A stretch of DNA of 40,994 bases from Chrysochromulina tobinii. Taxonomy: Eukaryota. The notes under the pieces were generated by a model that had not been told where the DNA came from, made no database searches, and saw only the letters and a program-made list of their open reading frames with translations. Positions 34,918 through 40,994 of the stretch are shown in pieces. The stretch's first letter is position 1, and each line of letters begins with the position of its first letter. The stretch spans positions 1 through 40,994 of the forward strand of contig JWZX01002572.1 of NCBI GenBank assembly GCA_001275005.1, read 5' to 3'. Position numbers and translations under genes: made by a program.

Positions 34918-37284
34918 ATGTCACGAAAGCAAGATTCAAAGTACAACGCCGCGGAGGCCGCGATCGTGACCTTCGTTGAGGCGCTCGGCAAGCTCGCAGC
35001 GAACGCTGACATGCGCACGATGGTACGCGACGCGGGTGCGATCTCGCCGCTGGTTGCCCTGCTCGTTTCCGGCACGGGAAATGTGCCGGGTTTGGCGGCC
35101 TCGGTGCTTCGCGACCTCGCGTTGCACTCGGGCAATCGCACGGCCATCCTCGAGTCGGACGGTGTTGCACAGCTCGTGCGCATGCTCCACAACGAGTCGA
35201 AGGTGATCGCGAGTGAAGCGGCTGACGCGCTCCGCTCGCTCGCGGCCAACAATGGCGCCGTGTGCAAGGTGGTGCGTGACAACGGCGGCATCAAGATGCT
35301 CGTCAAGCTCGCGCAAGGGGGCAAGGCGGCCGAGGCGGCGACGGGCGCCATCTCCAACATCGCCGAGGCGGACCCGACGAGCCGGCAGGAGATTGGGGAT
35401 GAGGGCGGCGTCGCGGTGCTCGTGTCGCTGCTCGTCGACGGGCTCGACAATGTCGGCAAAGAGGGCGGGAGGGCGAGAGATACGGACTGGGCGTACTCAC
35501 ACGCGTCAGAGGAGACGTCAAAGGCGCTCGTCCAGCTCTCAGGCCACTCGAGCTGCGTCAAGCGTATGCTGGACGCAAGCATCGTGGGTCCGCTGGTGCG
35601 GCTGCTGCTGCGCGCGTACGGGCACTCGCAAACCGCGAGCAGCAACGCGGCGAGCCTGCTCGTGATGCTACTCACGCAGCATCCGAGCGAGGCGATGGTA
35701 CAGACCCTCGATGCGTTCACGCTGGCTCGTAAGGATGAGTCACTCGTCGTCGCAAGTCAGGGGTGGTCGCAGGCCTTCCCTGACCTCAAGACGCTGCTTC
35801 ACGCGGCGGTGGAGAAGAGGCTAGCCGCGGTCGAGGAGGGCAACTCCTCCGCAGCCATCCAGCAGGCGATCGAGATCGGGCGCGCCGTTGAGATTCCGGA
35901 TGAACGGCTCGAGGCGGCGAAGGCGACCTTCCAAGAGTTCCAGGACAAGCGCCGGCGAGAGAAGCTGGCGGCGGCGGCGGAGGAGCGGCGCTCGCGCAAA
36001 GAGGAGGAGCGCCAGCGCCAGCTCGAGCGCGAGGCGGCGGAGGCGCCCGCGGCTGAGGATGTGGGCAAGAGATCCACCCGAAAGGCGGCGCTCAATACAG
36101 GCGCGGTCAAGCCAGCCTCCCACACAGCAGCGCTGATAAAGAAGGCGGAGATACTGAGCGCACAGGCTGCACAGAGCGGCACGAGATCGTCAGAGGAGCA
36201 GAAGCTCGCCGCCGAGGCCGCCACGGTCACTGCCATGGAGGGCATGAATCCTCTGGTGCGTGAGCGCATGCTCAAAAAGATGGTGCGGGACGGCGTCCTG
36301 GTGCCGGGAGCGACTGGCATCCTCGCGGAGTATGCGACAGCCCTTGGGCTACTCCCGAGCGCGAGCCTCATCCCGGCGGAGGCGCAGAGCCTCACCCCGT
36401 CGGGACGGGGCGCGCTGCGTGGCCAGATGGAGTATGATGGCAACGGCGGCTACCGCCCGAAGGGTGACCTGACAGGGCTGATGGTGTCTGATGACGCCAA
36501 TGAGGTTCAGCGGCGTGCCGCGAATCGCGCGATGGAGAAGGCAAAGGCGCAAGCGGCGCGCAACGACCTAGCTTCCAAGGCGATGCAGCGGCGGCTCGCG
36601 ATGCTCGGTGGGCCGGGCAAGCAAGTGCCAGCCGAGGGCGACAACTACGACGAGGAAGACGACGATGACGATGACGCGTGGACCGATGGCTCTTCATATG
36701 ATGTAGATGAGGATGAGGATGAGGCTGCGGCCGCGCGCGCGGCCGCCCTCGTCGGTCTACCGTTGGGGAGCAATGGCGGCGCACAGCAGCAGCCCAAGAA
36801 GGGCTTCTTCGGGGGGTTCTTCGGAAAGAAGAGCGACCCGCCGCCGAATGAGGGCGACGCGGGCGCCGAGGGCACTCGTAAACGCCGCCGGCGCCGCCGC
36901 CGCCGTCGCCCCAAGGACGGCGAGACTTTAGGTCTCTCGGATGGTTTGCCCACCTCAGCAATCTCGAGCACAGCGGATGGCTTCAACTTGCCCTCGTACA
37001 TGATGCCCATGTTCAGCAAGATGCTCGTGCGCCCCGACGAGGGGCAGCAGCTATTCATGCTGGGGGGCAAGGATCCGATGAAGCTCGACGCGTGGCGGAA
37101 GCGGTGGGAGAATAAGTTCACCCACAACGACCGCCATATCTACGGAGCACCCACTGGGGGCACCACAACGGCGCTTGGCGATCGGGCGATGCTCGATCGA
37201 AACAAGCTGTCTGACTCGCAGTCCAATGCCGGCCTGACCGAGTCGCAATACGCCCAGCTCACTCGGGGCGCATACTCTGCATGA
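34918..37284 (+). CDS. Armadillo-repeat protein with charged, low-complexity C-terminal half
   Basis: Repeats DAGAISPLVALL, ESDGVAQLVRML, DNGGIKMLVKL, DEGGVAVLVSLL, DASIVGPLVRLL; Arg-rich NLS-like tract; first ATG 34918. Confidence 0.88.
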   Translation: MSRKQDSKYNAAEAAIVTFVEALGKLAANADMRTMVRDAGAISPLVALLVSGTGNVPGLAASVLRDLALHSGNRTAILESDGVAQLVRMLHNESKVIASEAADALRSLAANNGAVCKVVRDNGGIKMLVKLAQGGKAAEAATGAISNIAEADPTSRQEIGDEGGVAVLVSLLVDGLDNVGKEGGRARDTDWAYSHASEETSKALVQLSGHSSCVKRMLDASIVGPLVRLLLRAYGHSQTASSNAASLLVMLLTQHPSEAMVQTLDAFTLARKDESLVVASQGWSQAFPDLKTLLHAAVEKRLAAVEEGNSSAAIQQAIEIGRAVEIPDERLEAAKATFQEFQDKRRREKLAAAAEERRSRKEEERQRQLEREAAEAPAAEDVGKRSTRKAALNTGAVKPASHTAALIKKAEILSAQAAQSGTRSSEEQKLAAEAATVTAMEGMNPLVRERMLKKMVRDGVLVPGATGILAEYATALGLLPSASLIPAEAQSLTPSGRGALRGQMEYDGNGGYRPKGDLTGLMVSDDANEVQRRAANRAMEKAKAQAARNDLASKAMQRRLAMLGGPGKQVPAEGDNYDEEDDDDDDAWTDGSSYDVDEDEDEAAAARAAALVGLPLGSNGGAQQQPKKGFFGGFFGKKSDPPPNEGDAGAEGTRKRRRRRRRRRPKDGETLGLSDGLPTSAISSTADGFNLPSYMMPMFSKMLVRPDEGQQLFMLGGKDPMKLDAWRKRWENKFTHNDRHIYGAPTGGTTTALGDRAMLDRNKLSDSQSNAGLTESQYAQLTRGAYSA

Positions 37285-37739
37285 CCTCTCAGTTGTGAGC
37301 TCAGACATTCAACTCAACCGAACTCGAGAAAGCCGAACTCCAGTCGTCGTGGACTAGTATAGCCTGAAGCCTCGGGAGTCGGGTGTGAGACAGCTGAGCT
37401 TTTAAGCTTGACGGCTATGGGCCTTCGCGCCGGCGCCTACGCGCGCTACGGCTCTATACCAGCGGTCCAGTTCGGTTACCACGGTTAAAACCACGTAGCC
37501 GACGTTCTCATCGTCCCCACGTCCGCGACCGTCTTAACTGTTGAACCGCGCCTATAACTAAAAACTAATCACAGGCCCGATAAGGTTGACTATACCAAGG
37601 GGGAACATACACGCGACCGCGACGGCACACCCCCGGGACCTGGGACAAAGGCAACCGCGCGCGGACAGGGACACGACACGACACCGCGACGTCGCGGGGT
37701 CCGTGCCCGCGACGACATCTCGTCTCGTAAGGTTGAGGA

Positions 37740-38909
37740 TCACCGGATGTAGCGCTCTGCGCGCCCCTCCGCCTTCGCCTCCCATGTCTTCAGATGCGAG
37801 TCTGCCTTGGCTGTCTCTGCGCGCCGATCGTCGATGGTCTCGGCCCGAGCGTCGACACCTCGATCAGGTCGGGTGGCGAGGAGGGCAAAGTGGCGGCCCG
37901 TCGCGGCTGCGAGTTTGATGGCGCCAAAACCGACCTCGCGAAGGTCGTGCGCCGGCCCTTGCTCGCTCGTCTGGTAATCGGCATAGACGTCAAGGTATGG
38001 CTCGGTCGACCTGATCAGGGAGAAGAGCACAGGGTTGGCTCGGAGCTTTGTGAATCCGTCGGTGGCAAAGTCCATCTCGGTGAGCCAGAGCTGGCCTGTG
38101 CCGGGGCGCAGGATGCGGAACGCCTCGGCCGCCACCTGCCGCGTCACCTCGGGCGGCAGCTCATGGATGACCAGCGAGAGGCACACCACATCTGCCTCGC
38201 CATCGGCCAAACACGTCCTCGCGGCATCCGCATGGCGCAGCTCGATGCGACGATCACGTCCGAGCGGCTGGACCCACGGTTGACCCACGGGCGCCACCAC
38301 GCCCTCGGCCTCCGGCGCCAGCTCGAGCAACCGGCGGCCCACGGCCAGGAAGTGTGGAGAGAGGTCAAGACCAAGGATCCGCGCCGCCTGCGGATGCGCC
38401 GCGGCCAGGCGGCGTGTGGAGATGCCAGAGCCGCAGCCGAGATCGACTATCGTCCCGCCGGGTGGGCACTTGGCACCGAGGGATGCCAGCGCCTCGTCAA
38501 AGGCCCCGCGGAAGGCGTCCTCGCCCTCGGCACCGTACTTGGGGTAATTTCGCGCACCGACGGCTCTGCTCGCAATCTCGCCCTCCCATGCCGATTCCCA
38601 GCACAAGTTGCCGTCTTCGTAGGCATGGAACGGCTGCCGATAGTAGTCAGGGATGATCTTCTCGTCGTGCTCGTCTAAGGTCCACGGCCCTTGTTCTTTA
38701 ATCCACGCCAGCTGTTCCCGCCAAGCCACGCCGTTGGACTCTGCCGTCTGCACCATCGTTGCTTTGGCCTGTGGCATGAGGACCGCCTTGTAAAGCGGCG
38801 AGCTTAGCGCGGCATCAAGCAGCCATCGACCGAGAGAAACAAACGGCGACGCGTGGACCGCGGCTAAGGAAATCAGGGCGAGGGTTCGCGAAAAGAGGGT
38901 TCGCGACAT
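37740..38909 (-). CDS. Class I SAM-dependent methyltransferase with N-terminal signal (cyanobacterial/algal-type family)
   Basis: Motif I IVDLGCGSG, GLDLSPHFL, HADAART, LVIHELP..EAFRILRPG; PDYYRQPFHAYEDGNLCW; leader MSRTLFSRTLALISLAAVHA from ATG 38909. Confidence 0.9.
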   Translation of the reverse strand: MSRTLFSRTLALISLAAVHASPFVSLGRWLLDAALSSPLYKAVLMPQAKATMVQTAESNGVAWREQLAWIKEQGPWTLDEHDEKIIPDYYRQPFHAYEDGNLCWESAWEGEIASRAVGARNYPKYGAEGEDAFRGAFDEALASLGAKCPPGGTIVDLGCGSGISTRRLAAAHPQAARILGLDLSPHFLAVGRRLLELAPEAEGVVAPVGQPWVQPLGRDRRIELRHADAARTCLADGEADVVCLSLVIHELPPEVTRQVAAEAFRILRPGTGQLWLTEMDFATDGFTKLRANPVLFSLIRSTEPYLDVYADYQTSEQGPAHDLREVGFGAIKLAAATGRHFALLATRPDRGVDARAETIDDRRAETAKADSHLKTWEAKAEGRAERYIR

Positions 38910-39392
38910 TTTGTCTAGGACCCGGCTTGGCCTGATTGTCCACGCAATTAGAAGTAACCCCTGGAAGAAAAGTGCCCACTGAAGGCACACGTGCCTGTCT
39001 TAGCACTTCTGCTTTCGCGGGCTGTGGGAAGCGCGAGATGTTTGCTCGTCAGGGTCGCGCTGTACATTGTAACCCCACGCCTCGCGGCATTTCGTGTGTC
39101 ATCATCCCGCATTCAAGAATCAAGATTCATGGCTAGTGCTCGCGAGTGGGCGGCTTCCGAAGGTGCGAGCGCTTGACAGTCAGGAGTCAGGTGTTCCGTG
39201 TTATCACTTGTACATGTATCAGTGTCATGCTTTTATAACACTCGGCCCCACCCCTCCTGCTCTTAGGCGCCGCTTGACAACCCTCTCTCAACCCCACCCC
39301 GCTCACATACGCGCCCAAAAACAGTTCAAATTTTTGGTGCGCCCCCTCTCTTGTGATTTCTCAGCTGGCTCTGGGGACGTCGTTCGTCATCA

Positions 39393-40994
39393 ATGCTCGA
39401 GACTGCGCGTGGCGCCCTATCACTGCTGCTGCTACTGCTGCTATGCGGGCGCGACGCGGGATTCGCCGCATTGCACGCGCGCGCCGCCTCGCCGCCCCGC
39501 CAGTTGGCGGCCGTCAGGGTGGTCGCGTGCGGCAGCGGCAGCGCCCGGCGACGCAGCGGCAGCGGCAGCAGCGGAAGCGCTGAGCGGACGGCTCTGTGTG
39601 GCCATCTACGGCGCGCGATCCCACGCGCGGGGCGAGGATGGCGCTCGCGCTCGCTGGTCGCATGCGACGGCGGCGACGTCGACCCCGACCTTGCGTCGGC
39701 GTGGCTCGACGAGGAGACGGCGTCTCCCCTCGCCGATGGTGGGCCCGAGGAGCTGTCGGTGGCCGAGGCGGCGGCGCTGCTGCGCGAGGGCGGCGCAACG
39801 CTCCTTGACCTGCGCACGCACGCGGAACACTGCGCGGCGCGGCCCGCGGGCGCCCTCTCGCATCCCGCGGGTGACCCCGGCACCCTCGGCCTGCTCTTTT
39901 GCTTCCGCGACAGCTTCGAGGAGGACGTGGTGGCGCGCTTTTCGCCGACGACGCCGCTCATCCTGCTTTGCGACGTGGGCGTCGTGTCGCGCATCGCCGC
40001 GATGCGGCTGCTCGAGCGCGCCTTCGCCTCAGTCCGCGTCGTCGCAGGCGGCTTCGAGTCGTGGAGCCTCGAGGCGGAGCGTCCCGGGGCCCATCTGCCC
40101 ATCGAGAGTGGACGCCCGGCTAACGCCGATTGGCCTAAGGAACAGGGCGTGGCGCCGACGCCGTCGTGGGAGGGCAGCTGGGACGAGGAGGACGAGTACG
40201 CTGCTGCCCGCCCGCGATGGCCCCTACCCCCCCGCGCTCACCCACCAGCCATTTCAAACCCCATCGGGCATGCGCCCTTGGGCGTGGCCTTGCTGCCATG
40301 GCCTTGGGCATGGCCGCTGAGAGCGCGTGATCGCGAGGGAGCGGATCGCGCCCTTTCTCCGCGCCCTTTCTCTCTTCCATCCTCCCACTCCCAGCCATCC
40401 TCACGCCGGCCCACTCATCCCCTACATCCATCCCCCTCTCCTCGCGCTCACGCAGGTATCTCGACATTGAGGCGCTCTATGCCGAGATGGACGGCGACGC
40501 GACATCCGCGTGGAGCAGCGTGCCCCTCGACGCCTCGTCGGCCCCAGTGCGACCTCGCCCGTATGGCGCGCTATACGACCCGGCGCACTCGGCGCGCGAT
40601 AGTCTCGAGGGCGAGCTGCGGAACATCGGCGAGCTAGGCGACGACGAGCTGGGCGGGGACGCGCTTGATATTGAGGAGCTCGAGGCCCTCTTGGCAGACA
40701 GCGGCGCCGAGGAGCCTCTCTACGCTGACGCAGCGGCGGAAGCGGCCGCGATGGCTGACGAGGCGTCGGCGACCTACGAGCCTGCCGCGAGAGGCGGCAA
40801 GGGCGCCGCCGTGGGCGCCGCCGAGGCGGCGGCAATGAAGACGATTCCGAACGCGCTCGCGGGTGACCAGGTCGATGACGATCTTGCCTCCCTCGTCGCT
40901 AAGCTCGATGCCCCGGCAGAGCTCGCGCCCTCTCGGAGTGCTGCCAAGCGCGTCGCTGCGGCGGCGGCCGCCGACGACGCCGCCGCGGCCAGCG
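39393..40994 (+). CDS. Rhodanese-domain protein with signal+transit-like leader, partial; exons 39393-40195 and 40456->40994
   Basis: LLDLRTHAEH..PAGALSHP..LILLCDVGVVSRIAA..VVAGGFESW; leader LLLLLLLCGRDAG|F plus R/S-rich stretch; GT-AG intron 40196-40455 gives DE-YLDIEALY with the frame open to the window end. Confidence 0.82.

Noticed and set aside
1..40994. Prokaryotic operon, defence island or biosynthetic cluster interpretation
   Set aside because: Spliceosomal introns, ORC4/CABIN1 and targeting peptides show a eukaryotic nucleus; neighbouring genes are functionally unrelated.

Overview
Gene-dense, very GC-rich eukaryotic nuclear DNA with few introns. Gene content and style (GTGCG/GTAGG donors, CDDGGPG Cys repeats, signal+transit leaders, Ala/Pro-rich inserts) suggest a haptophyte or similar alga with a complex plastid; this is inference. 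About 16 protein genes are supported: a large secreted lectin running off the left edge (absent from the ORF track), a DUF6492-like glycosyltransferase, CRAL-TRIO, an IPGYxGH-motif protein, a ~3,630-aa single-exon CABIN1/Hir3-like protein carrying GNAT, SET, MBD and Tudor modules, a short CEP135-like protein, a membrane protein, mitochondrial uL6, ankyrin, a spliced uridine phosphorylase/2OG-Fe(II) dioxygenase fusion, TLC, ORC4, an orphan 690-aa ORF, ARM-repeat, SAM methyltransferase and rhodanese. Most notable: (1) two diverged copies of a structured ~72-nt 3' motif plus (GCA)n tail, one ending a 2.3-kb RT-less ORF-bearing insertion with a candidate TSD in the ORC4 leader; (2) the CABIN1 chromatin mega-fusion; (3) the nucleoside phosphorylase-dioxygenase fusion, with a perfect 21-bp hairpin upstream. 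All family calls come from reading motifs by eye, not from searches. No rRNA, tRNA or CRISPR array was seen.
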